Source: an uncultured bacterium
GTDB lineage: Bacteria; Verrucomicrobiota; Verrucomicrobiia; Limisphaerales; UBA8199
Direction of reading: 5' to 3'
Length of the DNA stretch: 64,000 nt
NCBI GenBank assembly: GCA_963749495.1
Contig: CAVVMW010000014.1
Location: forward strand, 352,001 to 416,000
The translations under genes were made by a program, and so were the position numbers. Positions 1 through 10,990 of the stretch are shown piece after piece. Position 1 is the first letter of the stretch; each line of letters starts with the position of its first letter. The notes under the pieces are model-generated. The model made no database searches and was not told where the DNA came from. It was given only the letters and a program-made list of their open reading frames with translations.

Positions 1-56
1 CACGAAATTCCCCAAGGCCCGCCGCCTCGTCAAGCGGTTTCACAAAGCGCCCGAGC

Positions 57-327
57 GGGTGCGATCAAAAGTGTTGGGCATGCGCCTCGGGAGTTTTGTC
101 CCGGAGGGACATCTGAGAATAGCCCGGCGTTTCAACGCCGGGGGAGGCCGCAAAAGGGACCCTCGTCCCGAAGGGACGACTGACAACACTCCTCGCTTTC
201 AGCCGTCCCTTCGGGACGGGCCTGCTCTTTGGGTCCGCTCACCCGGCGTTGAAACGCCGGGCCATTGTCGGAAGCCCCTTCGGGGCAAAAAGGCGCCGTG
301 GGCTGACCGACAGTTTTGATCGCACCC
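57..327. repeat. Nested palindromic element (REPIN/MITE-like)
   Basis: Outer IR GGGTGCGATCAAAA (57-70)/TTTTGATCGCACCC (314-327); inner IR GCCCGGCGTTTCAACGCCGGG (122-142)/CCCGGCGTTGAAACGCCGGGC (242-262); innermost CGTCCCGAAGGGACG (164-178)/CGTCCCTTCGGGACG (204-218). Confidence 0.85.
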
Positions 328-380
328 CGCCCCCAGCCCGGTGCTTGACCTCCGGGGCGCGTCGTGGCCATATAGCTGCC

Positions 381-1730
381 ATGTCTGAGCCTGTGACATC
401 TGCGGCGCTCGCGCAGCCGGCCGCCATACCCCGCACGAGCCATTTCCGCTGGGTGATCTGCGCCCTGCTCTTCTGGGTCACGACTGCCAACTACATCGAC
501 CGCGGCGTGTTCGGGAACCTGGCGCCGGAGTTGGCCCGGAAGATCCCCGGCTGGAGCCAGGAGGCCTACTGGTACATGCAGGTGGCTTTCAACGCGGCCT
601 ACGCGGTCAGCCTGTTGTTGGCCGGGCGGTTGATGGATGTCGTGGGATTGCGGTGGGGTTTTGTGCTGGCGTGCGCCTTTTGGGGACTGGCCTCGATGAG
701 CCACTCGCTGGTCAGCACGGTCACCGGCTTTTTCGTCGTCCGCATCCTGCTGGCCCTTGGGGAGGGCGGCAACTTTCCCGCGGCGATCAAGACGACGGCG
801 GAGTGGTTTCCCAAACGCGAGCGGGCGCTGGCCACCGGGATCTTCAATTGCGGCACGAACGTCGGGGGCCTCCTGGTGCCCTTGCTTTTGCCCTGGGTGG
901 TTTTTGCCTTTACGCAGGTCACCTTCTTTGGCGGCCATTCGCTGGGGTGGCGCGGGGCGTTCCTGGTGACGGCCTGCTTCGATATCACCTGGATTATCGC
1001 CTGGTTGCTCATCTATCGGCGGCCCCAGGACCATCCCCGAGTCTCGCCGGCCGAGTTGGCCTGGATTAACAGCGACCCGCCCGAGCCGACCGTGAAGATC
1101 CCGTGGCGACGGCTCTTTCCTCACCGGCAGGCCTGGGCGTTTGCGATGGCCAAGTTCATGACGGATGGCTTCTGGTGGTTTTACCTGGTTGGCGCCCCGT
1201 ACTTCTTTGCCGACCGATTCGGTTTGGACCTCAAGAAACGCGGCGCGCCGATAGCGGTCATTTACGTGATGGCCTCGCTGGGGAGCATTGGCGGCGGCTG
1301 GCTGGCGGGCCATTTCATGAAGCTGGGCTGGAGCGTCAACAAGGCCCGCAAGATGACCTTCCTGGTCTGCGCCCTCTGTGTGCTGCCGGTGGTCTTTGCC
1401 ACGGTCACACACAATCAATGGGTGGCGGTGGCGCTGATTACCCTGGCCGCCTCGGCCCACCAGGCCTGGTCGGCCAATGCCTTCAGCCTGGCCTCCGATA
1501 TGTTCCCGCGCCGCGTCGTCGGCGCCGTCACCGGCTTTGGCGGTTTTGCCGGCTCGATCGGGGCGATTGCGCTGTTCCTCATCGTTGGCCATCTGCGCGA
1601 GGCCGCCATCGCGCGCGGCGAGCAGGGCGATTACTTCCTCATCTTCCTGGCGGCCAGTCTAGCCTACCTTTTCGCCCTCGTTATCGTCCACCTCCTTGCG
1701 CCGAAGCTCGAACCGGCGGACGTCGAATGA
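381..1730 (+). CDS. MFS transporter, ExuT/hexuronate (ACS-like) family
   Basis: RW..C.LLF..T..NYIDR, GEGGNFPAAIKTTAEWFP.RERALATGIFN and AHQAWSAN motifs; about 12 hydrophobic segments; ATG at 381. Confidence 0.9.
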   Translation: MSEPVTSAALAQPAAIPRTSHFRWVICALLFWVTTANYIDRGVFGNLAPELARKIPGWSQEAYWYMQVAFNAAYAVSLLLAGRLMDVVGLRWGFVLACAFWGLASMSHSLVSTVTGFFVVRILLALGEGGNFPAAIKTTAEWFPKRERALATGIFNCGTNVGGLLVPLLLPWVVFAFTQVTFFGGHSLGWRGAFLVTACFDITWIIAWLLIYRRPQDHPRVSPAELAWINSDPPEPTVKIPWRRLFPHRQAWAFAMAKFMTDGFWWFYLVGAPYFFADRFGLDLKKRGAPIAVIYVMASLGSIGGGWLAGHFMKLGWSVNKARKMTFLVCALCVLPVVFATVTHNQWVAVALITLAASAHQAWSANAFSLASDMFPRRVVGAVTGFGGFAGSIGAIALFLIVGHLREAAIARGEQGDYFLIFLAASLAYLFALVIVHLLAPKLEPADVE

Positions 1731-1873
1731 CGAATGACGAATGACGAATGGACCGAATGCGGAGTGCGGAGTGAGGAGTGCGGAGTGCGGAGTGTGCCAG
1801 TGGGAATCCTGGGTCTGGATTGCGGTGCGAGGAATGACGAATGACGAATGACGAATGACGAATGACGAATGAC
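1725..1873. repeat. Heptamer tandem repeats (GAATGAC)n and (GCGGAGT)n
   Basis: GAATGAC x3 at 1725, GCGGAGT-like x5 at about 1759, GAATGAC x6 at 1832-1873. Confidence 0.95.
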
Positions 1874-1884
1874 CCGCGTGGCAC

Positions 1885-2072
1885 CGCGTAGCGGTGCTTG
1901 ACGGTAGCCGTGGACTTCCAGTCCACGGATCTCCGGCCCAACATGACCTGCGTCGCGTAGCGACGCCTGAAAACGGCGAAGCCGTCAGGCGTCGCTACGC
2001 GACGCGCGACCGTTCCCAGGCCACGAACCGTGGACCTTGGTCCACGCCTACCTTCGCTGCGTCGCTACGCGA
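1885..2072. repeat. REPIN-like palindromic element
   Basis: GCGTCGCGTAGCGACGCCTGA / TCAGGCGTCGCTACGCGACGC, flanked by CCGTGGAC..GTCCACG hairpins; lies between convergent genes. Confidence 0.8.
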
Positions 2073-2073
2073 C

Positions 2074-3498
2074 TTACCCCAGTTGCCACGGCGGGCGGTA
2101 GGGCCGGCTCAGGAGTTGGGCAGCCTCGGGGTCGTCGAGGATGACCTCGTTCTGCGGGTCCCACTTGATCTTGCGTCCGATGCGCTTGCCGTTTTCCTCC
2201 TGGCCCAGGAGCATCGAGATGAGGCCAAGGTGGCCGGGGATGGCAGAGTGATGGGCGGTCAGGGCGGGGGTGATGGTGGGTTTGCGGGACTTGACGCAAC
2301 TGATGAAATTGGCCTGGTGGTTGTCGGAGCGGTAGAGGTGGACGGTGCAGGTGTCGGGCAGCTTTTGGAGCCAATCCGTGTTCGAGCAGTCAAGGCCGCC
2401 GCGGTCCACCCAAACCCAGCCGTCGGTGCCGATCCACTTGGCGCCGCTGCGGATGTCTCCATGGCCGCCGGCAATGATCATGGTGATGTCCTTGGGGTAC
2501 TTGAGAGTGATGCGGTAGCGGGTGCAGGTGTTCCAGATGGCGTCGGGGCGCGGGAATTCGCCATCGCCCTGGATTTCCGAGGGCCCGCCGGTGCTGTCCA
2601 TGTCCAGGCCCCAATGGGCGATGTCGCAATGGTGGCCGATCCAGTCGAGCAATTGGCCGCCGCCGACGTTGTAGTTCCAGCGCCAGTTCATGTGGACGCG
2701 GGCGCCGATGTACGGTTCCATCTTGGAAGGGCCGAGCCAGGTTTGGTAATCGAGTTCGGGCGGGGGCTGGCTGATTGCGGCGTCATATTCGGGCATGCCG
2801 GGGACGACCTTGGCAAGGAACTCGGCCTGCGCGCCCGGCCTCAGCTTGGCGGCCATCGGTCCGCCCGTCTCGGCGAAATCGGTATGGCCGTCGGGTAGGC
2901 CGACTTCTACGCGGGTGACCTTGCCGATGAGGCCGTTGCGGACGATCTCGGCGGCGCGGCGGAACGGGCCCTGCGAGCGCTGCCAGGAGCCGGTCTGCCA
3001 GATCCGCTGGTTCTCTTGAACGGCCTTCACGATGGCCTGCTGCTCGGCGATGGTCCGCGCCAGCGGTTTTTCGCCGTAAATGTCTTTCTTGTTTTTGGCG
3101 GCCTCGGTCGCGACCAGGGCGTGCCAGGTGTCCGGCACCGCGAGCATGACCGCGTCAATGTCCGCGCGGGCCATCATCTCGCGGTAATCATGGTAGGCCT
3201 TGCAGTCCTTGTTGCCGTATTCCTTGTTGATGCGGTCCACGCCGGCTTGCAGGTGGTTCTTATCCAAATCGCAGGCGGCGACGACCTGGCAGTCTTTGAG
3301 TGCCAGGAAGGCATCGGTGTTGTTGGGGCCCTGCATGCCCCAGCCGACTACTCCAAGGGTAACGCGCTCTGAAGGAGCGGCCTTGTCTTCCAGCCCCAGG
3401 GCGCTGGCGGGGATGAGGGTCGGCGCGGCAAGGGCCAGACCGGTCGTGGCAAGAAAGCGGCGTCGATTCATACCTGAATTGTTCAAGGACTTTTTCAT
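2074..3498 (-). CDS. Gfo/Idh/MocA family oxidoreductase, Tat-exported
   Basis: NRRRFL twin-arginine signal, GVVGWGMQG Rossmann motif, YGEKPL, DWIGHHCDIAHW. Confidence 0.9.
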   Translation of the reverse strand: MKKSLNNSGMNRRRFLATTGLALAAPTLIPASALGLEDKAAPSERVTLGVVGWGMQGPNNTDAFLALKDCQVVAACDLDKNHLQAGVDRINKEYGNKDCKAYHDYREMMARADIDAVMLAVPDTWHALVATEAAKNKKDIYGEKPLARTIAEQQAIVKAVQENQRIWQTGSWQRSQGPFRRAAEIVRNGLIGKVTRVEVGLPDGHTDFAETGGPMAAKLRPGAQAEFLAKVVPGMPEYDAAISQPPPELDYQTWLGPSKMEPYIGARVHMNWRWNYNVGGGQLLDWIGHHCDIAHWGLDMDSTGGPSEIQGDGEFPRPDAIWNTCTRYRITLKYPKDITMIIAGGHGDIRSGAKWIGTDGWVWVDRGGLDCSNTDWLQKLPDTCTVHLYRSDNHQANFISCVKSRKPTITPALTAHHSAIPGHLGLISMLLGQEENGKRIGRKIKWDPQNEVILDDPEAAQLLSRPYRPPWQLG

Positions 3499-3678
3499 AG
3501 CGGTCCAATGAGGCACAAATTGGCGCCCGATGGCGAGAAGAAAATTGAACAGAAGGAAACAGAGAAAACCGGAAGAGGAACAGAAGGGAACGAAGGAAAC
3601 GAAGGGAAGAACGGGAATCCGGTGAGCCGATCGCGGGAAGCCCGAAATCCTGAATTCGTACATTGGGGTGCCGGCAGC

Positions 3679-4176
3679 TTACGGGCTGCGCACAGCGATG
3701 GGGTCGCCGACACAGATGGGGCCGGAGCGGAGGACCTCGGCCAGGACGCCCTGGCGATGGCCCGACATGCGCTCGCGCAGGCCCTGGCAGACCGCGTCCA
3801 TCTTGGCGCAGGGGTCTCGAGGCGCGGCAACCAACAGGACCGCCCCGCCGATCTCGACCTCGCGCCCCACCAGGGCGACCAGGTCTATGCCCTGGGTCTC
3901 GATGTTCGAGCGGGCGGCGCCAGGCGCAATGCCGGCCAACCCCAGCGCCGCCGCGTGCTCGGCCAATTGCTCGCGCTCGATCAGGCTCACTTGCCGCCGG
4001 CTCGGCTGGCCGGTCTCGCGGCTGAGCCGGCCGAAATAGCGCGTATCGCCGCCCAGCCCCTTTGCCTGGACCGCTTCGACCACTTCCACCGCGAGCAAGG
4101 GCGCGCCCGGCTCCGCCGGGTGCAGGTGCAACGAGGCCACACGGCCTGGAGGGAGCTTGTTCGGTTCGGCATTCAT
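3679..4176 (-). CDS. MOSC domain protein
   Basis: GLGGD..RQVSLI, R.NI.T.G, RDPCAKM, GVLAEVLRSG.I.VGD.I. Confidence 0.85.
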   Translation of the reverse strand: MNAEPNKLPPGRVASLHLHPAEPGAPLLAVEVVEAVQAKGLGGDTRYFGRLSRETGQPSRRQVSLIEREQLAEHAAALGLAGIAPGAARSNIETQGIDLVALVGREVEIGGAVLLVAAPRDPCAKMDAVCQGLRERMSGHRQGVLAEVLRSGPICVGDPIAVRSP

Positions 4177-4294
4177 TTCAGAAACCAGTATGGTCGCGAC
4201 GGCCATGCCGGGCAAGGGCGCGCAGATCGAGTGCGGACATCATCCTGAGGATGGAAGGGACATAAGGGACGCGCGTGAAAAGGACGTGTGTCGC

Positions 4295-4392
4295 CGCGCG
4301 CGAAGCGTCTTGGAGTGCGGCAGTCCTCTGCCGCTTTCAGGTTCGCAGGCTCCCAAAAGCGCCAGAGGACTGGCGCAGACCAACACCTGGCG
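4295..4392. repeat. REP doublet
   Basis: TTGGAGTGCGGCAGTCCTCTGCCGCTTT ... AAAGCGCCAGAGGACTGGCGCAGACCAA imperfect inverted pair. Confidence 0.7.
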
Positions 4393-4496
4393 GGCCAGGT
4401 GCGTGCCTCGTCCCTCGCCCCTCGCTCAGTAAAAACGGCCGGTCCCGTGTGGGGCCGGCCGTGAGAACGGAGAGCGGTGCCGAGGTCTGGCTGGGC

Positions 4497-5847
4497 TCAA
4501 GCTTGCGTGGGAACCACGGGCGGGTCCTTGAAGATATTGTGCCGGCCGGGCAGGGGCGGCTGCAAGGTGCGGAAGTCGCCGTACTGCATCTTGGAGCAAT
4601 CGTCGTAGAGGGCCGGGGGGCCGTAAGCGAACTCGGACTTGAGGATGGCGTCCCACTCGATGGCGGCGCCGCTGTAGGCAGCTTCACGGCCCATGATGGC
4701 GGTGAGGGTGCTGTCGGTGACCTGCGCGGCTTCGTTGAGCGGCGTGTCGTTCTCGATGGCGTTGATGAGGTCGATGTGCTCCTGGACGTAGGCGTCTCTG
4801 CCGTTGTCACGGTTGCGCCAGGTCCAGCCGCCCTTGGCCACGATGCTGCCACCGGGATTGGAGGAGCCGCTGGTGCCCTGGACCGCCTCGCTCACGGAGG
4901 ACCAGTCGCGCTTGATTTGGCCGCAATAGGCGAACATGCGGACGCCATGAGCATACTCGTATTCGATGGCGAAATTGTCCCAGATCTCGCCGGATTCGGT
5001 GGGCAGCCTGCCCAAGATCTGCCGGGCGCCCATGCCCCAGCACCGCACGGGGTGGTCCTTCATGATCCAGTTGCCGACGTCCAGGTTGTGAACGTGCTGT
5101 TCGCAGATGTGGTCGCCGCTCAGCCAGATGTAATGATACCAGTTGCTGATTTGCTTTTCGAGGGCGCTATCGCCCCGCGCGCCCCCGTCCCGGACCTTGT
5201 GCCAGATCTGGCCGCCGTTGACCCAGTAAACGCGCAGCGTCACGATGTCGCCGATGGCGCCATCATGGATGCGCTTGATGGTCTCGATGTAGCCGGTCTG
5301 GTGGCGGCGCTGAGTGCCGGCGGCCACCTTGAGATTCTTCCTTTTGGATTCCTCGGCGGCGGCATACATGATCCGGGCGGTGGGGCCGTCGACGCACACC
5401 GGTTTTTCCATGAAGACATTCTTGCCGGCCTCGACGCAGGCCTTGAAACGCGGGGCTCGGAAGCCGGGCGGGGTGGCCAGGATGGCGTAATTGACGTCCA
5501 GGGACCTCGAGGGCCTTCTTGTAGGCGTCGAAGCCGCTGAAGCACTTGTCCGGGGCCACGCCGAAGATATCCTGGCCGCGATTGGCCTTGTCCTGCCAGA
5601 GGTCGGCCACGGCCACGATTTTGCCATCGACGCCGGTCGCCTTGACCGCCTCGCGGAAGTTGTCGCCGGCGCCGCTGCCGCGTCCGCCCAGGCCGATGAT
5701 GACCGCGCGGATGGGCTGCTTGGCCTGGGCGTGGAGGATGGAGGGGAAGCTGGCCACGGCCGCAGCCGAGGCGGCTGCGATCGAGGAGCTCTTCAGGAAC
5801 TGCCGGCGAGAGAGCGCCGAGGAGGGATGATTTGATTGATCTTGCAT
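4497..5847 (-). CDS. Gfo/Idh/MocA family oxidoreductase, Tat-exported (one frameshift near 5495, probably a read error)
   Basis: SRRQFLK signal and IGLGGRGSGA in the first frame; ATPPGFR, FMEKP, SGDHICEQHVHNLDV in the second frame. Confidence 0.85.
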
Positions 5848-5957
5848 GGTACTCTGGGTTTTATGTTGGTCTGGTGTCAGTTGCGGTTCTTAAATCGCAG
5901 TCATGACCGTCACGACGCGGCGGGCGCACAAAACACCCGGCCCGCACTGGGCCGAGA

Positions 5958-8125
<2,168 letters not shown>

Positions 8126-8209
8126 GATCGCAAAAAATGCGGCGCACAGTTTGTGCGACGTGCCGGCCCGGTGTCAAATACAAGAGGTGCGAGGGCGAGG
8201 GTCGAGAGC

Positions 8210-8380
8210 GGGCGCATCCTGGCACTGCCCCGGAGTGCGCCCGTCCTCGGGCGCAGCAGCGTAGGAGGGGGCAAGCGCGCGGGAGTGTTTTACGGCTGCC
8301 CTGGCTGCGGACGTCGCTGCGCCCGAGGACGGGCGCACTCCAGCCTCGCCGCCGGCGGTGGGGGCAGTCGGGATGCCCCC
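8210..8380. repeat. MITE/REPIN-like palindromic element (same family as the insert in smc)
   Basis: Outer arms GGGCGCATCCTGGCACTGCCCC / GGGGCAGTCGGGATGCCCCC; inner GGAGTGCGCCCGTCCTCGGGCGCAGC / GCTGCGCCCGAGGACGGGCGCACTCC. Confidence 0.85.
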
Positions 8381-8442
8381 GTGCGGACCGAGGGCCGATT
8401 TTTCACTTCTTTCAGGTCCGTGAGGGGAGTATATTGCCGTTG

Positions 8443-9002
8443 GTTTTGGAAGGGCGGAGGATCGCTCCCGGCGCGAGCCGGGGGAGGAAAGTCCGAACAC
8501 CAAAGGGCGCGATGCCGCGTAACCTGGGGGCGCCTTCGCAAGAGGGCGGGCCTCGGGATACACGCGGGAGGCAGTGCCGCGAGGCCTGCCGACGGACAGT
8601 GCCACAGAAAACAAACCGCCCAGCCCTTCCTGAAGCCGCCGGCAAAGCAGAGCACCAGTGTGTATGGACTGCGGGCTTGGGCTCGCAGTGGTTGGTGCTT
8701 GGGAGCGCCGGCTGGCCTCAGGAAGGGTTGGGTAAGGGTGAAAAGGCGGGGTAAGAGCCCACCGCTCCAAGCGCAAGCGCGGAGGCACGGAAAACCCCAT
8801 CGGGTGCAAGGCCAAATAGGGGACCGCGGGGCGGCCCGCTCCACCCCGCCCCAGTTGGGGGCTGGCGCATTTTTGGCGCGCCAGTCCCCAACTGGGGCGG
8901 GTGAGTCCCGGGTATTGGCTGCTGAGACAAATGATTCTCTCCTCTGCCCGTTCTCCGGAAGGGGCAGAGCAGACAGAAATCGGCTTACAGCCCTTCCAAA
9001 AC
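8443..9002 (+). ncRNA. rnpB: RNase P RNA, type A, enlarged (~560 nt)
   Basis: P1 GTTTTGGAAGGGC/GCCCTTCCAAAAC; GAGGAAAGTCC at 8484; AGTGCCACAGAAA, GGTAAGGGTGAAA, AAACCC, GCAAG, and ACAGAAATCGGCTTA. Confidence 0.95.
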
Positions 9003-9036
9003 TATGGAGGGTTGGGTCGCACGTAGAAACGCGGCC

Positions 9037-9074
9037 GCACAGGAGCGCGGACGAGGGGGTCCGCGCTCCTGTGC
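9037..9074. repeat. REP-like hairpin downstream of rnpB
   Basis: GCACAGGAGCGCGGAC-GAGGGG-GTCCGCGCTCCTGTGC; related sequence at 22383-22455. Confidence 0.7.
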
Positions 9075-9075
9075 G

Positions 9076-9218
9076 GAGCCTGTCCCAGAAGCTCCGAATT
9101 CTGAGACCTTTGTCGGAACCTTTGTCGGAACCTTTGTCGGATTGGCGCTTTGTTCGACAAAGGTGCCGACAAAGGCTGCGACAAAGGTCCCGAATCAGAG
9201 CTTTTGGGAAAGGTTCTA
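9076..9218. mobile_element. MITE with GAGCCTGTCCCAAAA-type ends and 12-bp CCTTTGTCG internal repeats
   Basis: GAGCCTGTCCCAGAAGCTC ... GAGCTTTTGGGAAAGGTTC; 3x CCTTTGTCGGA facing 3x CGACAAAGG; further copies at 21110, 21257, 35520. Confidence 0.75.
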
Positions 9219-9234
9219 TACAGGGGTCCGGCGC

Positions 9235-10746
9235 TCAAGGTCGCTTTGCCTGCACTGCCGCGGTGGGGCTGAGGTTGCCGTTGCGGTCCACGGCGGAAAT
9301 GGCGACCACCTCGGGGGCGGCTGCCCGCCAAATCTGGCTGGAGGCAATTGCCGGGAGGATCTCGGTTTGCCACTGGCCGCCGAGGCGCGTTTGGACCAGC
9401 CAGTGCGCCACCGGCTCGGCCTTGGCGGGTCCCCAGTGGGCCTCAAGGCGCTGGCCGGTTTGAGCAGCGCTCAGCACCGGCTTTCCCAGGCGGCATCGGC
9501 CCAGCCAGGGGGAGGCAGGGACCAGCGCGGGCCGGGCGTAGGGTCCGCGTTCGAGGGCCTCGGCCAGGGCGCTGCGGCCCATCAGGCTCTTCATGTTCCA
9601 ATGGACGTGGCCGCCGACACCCGGTTGCGCGCGCGCGAGCCGGACCTGGTTGAGGACTTCGTCCGGCTTCCATTGGCGCCCGACGTTGCTCGAGTTCATG
9701 CCGGGCGCCAGGAGGCGTTCCTTGGCGTTTTGCTGCGCCCACCACTTGAGCAGGACCGGGAAGCTTTGGGGCGGGGGCTGGATAGCCCAGTAGAGCTGCG
9801 GCGCCAGGTAATCCACCCAACCCTTGGCCAGCCATTTGGGCGAGTCGGCATAGAGCCTGGCGTAGGCATCGTAGCCCTCGATTTGCGCGGGGAAACCGGG
9901 ACGCCAGATGCCGAAGGGGCTGATGCCGAATTTGACCCAGGGTTTCTCGGCCTTGATCGAGCCATAGACCCGCCGGATGAAGGCGTTGATGTTTTCGCGC
10001 CGCCAATCTTCGCGGCTCAGCCCGAGATTTGCCCCGTAGCGCCGCCAACTCGGCTCGTCGGGAAAATCGAGGTCCTTGCCCGACGCGTCCCGTTCCGTGT
10101 ACGGGTAAAAGTAATCGTCGAAATGGACGCCATCGATGTCGTAGCGCCTGACCACGTCCATCACGACGCTCAGCGAATAGTCCTGGACCTCTTTCTCGCC
10201 GGGGTCCAGCCAGAGGTACTGGCCGTATTGGCGGACCAGGTGCGGGTGGGTCTGGCTGATGTGCCCTGCGGCAGCCGGGGATTTGGCGGAGATATGGCGC
10301 GCGCGAAAGGGGTTGAACCAGGCATGGAGTTCCAGGCCCCGTCTGTGGGCCTCGGCGACGGCGAACGCCAGAGGGTCGTAGTAAGGCTCCGGGGCCTTGC
10401 CCATCGTCCCGGTCAGGTACTCGGACCACGGCTCGAGCCTCGAGGCATAGAGCGCATCGCACGCGGAACGGACCTGGAGGATGACGACGTTGAGCTTGAG
10501 CCGGGCGGCGCGGTCCAGGATGGCCTCCAGTTCGGCCTTCTGTTGGGCCGCTCCCAGGTCCGGCCTCGAGGGCCAATCAATGTTGGCTACGGTCGCCACC
10601 CAGGCCGCCCGGAACTCCCGGAGCGGTTTGGGAGGCACGACCGAGCAAGGCTCGAAAACGGCGGCCTGCAAACCATGCCCCAGGAGCAGGGCGAGCATGG
10701 CCAGGCAGAGTGCTCGGGTGTTCATTTGTTTGAGTGCCGATTCCAT
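9235..10746 (-). CDS. Glycoside hydrolase family 10-like (YddW/DigH-type) secreted protein
   Basis: REFRAAWVATVANIDWPS, LELHAWFNPFR, YDIDGVHFDDYFYPY, FGISPFGIWR, DYLAPQLYW. Confidence 0.92.
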   Translation of the reverse strand: MESALKQMNTRALCLAMLALLLGHGLQAAVFEPCSVVPPKPLREFRAAWVATVANIDWPSRPDLGAAQQKAELEAILDRAARLKLNVVILQVRSACDALYASRLEPWSEYLTGTMGKAPEPYYDPLAFAVAEAHRRGLELHAWFNPFRARHISAKSPAAAGHISQTHPHLVRQYGQYLWLDPGEKEVQDYSLSVVMDVVRRYDIDGVHFDDYFYPYTERDASGKDLDFPDEPSWRRYGANLGLSREDWRRENINAFIRRVYGSIKAEKPWVKFGISPFGIWRPGFPAQIEGYDAYARLYADSPKWLAKGWVDYLAPQLYWAIQPPPQSFPVLLKWWAQQNAKERLLAPGMNSSNVGRQWKPDEVLNQVRLARAQPGVGGHVHWNMKSLMGRSALAEALERGPYARPALVPASPWLGRCRLGKPVLSAAQTGQRLEAHWGPAKAEPVAHWLVQTRLGGQWQTEILPAIASSQIWRAAAPEVVAISAVDRNGNLSPTAAVQAKRP

Positions 10747-10791
10747 GGTATGAATCCGGTCATGGGTTGGAAAAGTTTTTCCGAAAAGTAC

Positions 10792-10821
10792 TTGAAGCGC
10801 GAGACGCTTTTGCGCTATAGT
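10792..10821 (+). promoter_or_regulatory. Candidate sigma70 promoter upstream of smc
   Basis: TTGAAG-N18-TATAGT in an AT-rich intergenic region. Confidence 0.35.
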
Positions 10822-10895
10822 AATGCCGTTAAGTTAATGTTCGGCGGGAACAGTAGTTCCCGGCGTTTGTAGGCACAATTCAAATCTCGGTTCCT

Positions 10896-10942
10896 CACCC
10901 ATTAGTTGTGCCGGGCTGGCGGTCATATCCAGTATGTTGTGG
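10896..10942. promoter_or_regulatory. Pair of NrdR-box-like sites upstream of smc
   Basis: CACCCATTAGTTGTGC (10896) and ATCCAGTATGTTGTGG (10927), 31 bp apart; partial match to acaCwAtATaTwGtg. Confidence 0.35.
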
Positions 10943-10990
10943 TTTTTTTGCTTTACTTAGGCTAAAGACTTTGGTTTTTATTGGCAAGTC

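Noticed and set aside
3540..3612. Purine-rich GAA-type 9-bp repeats as a regulatory element
   Set aside because: Low-complexity degenerate repeat with no partner structure I can support.
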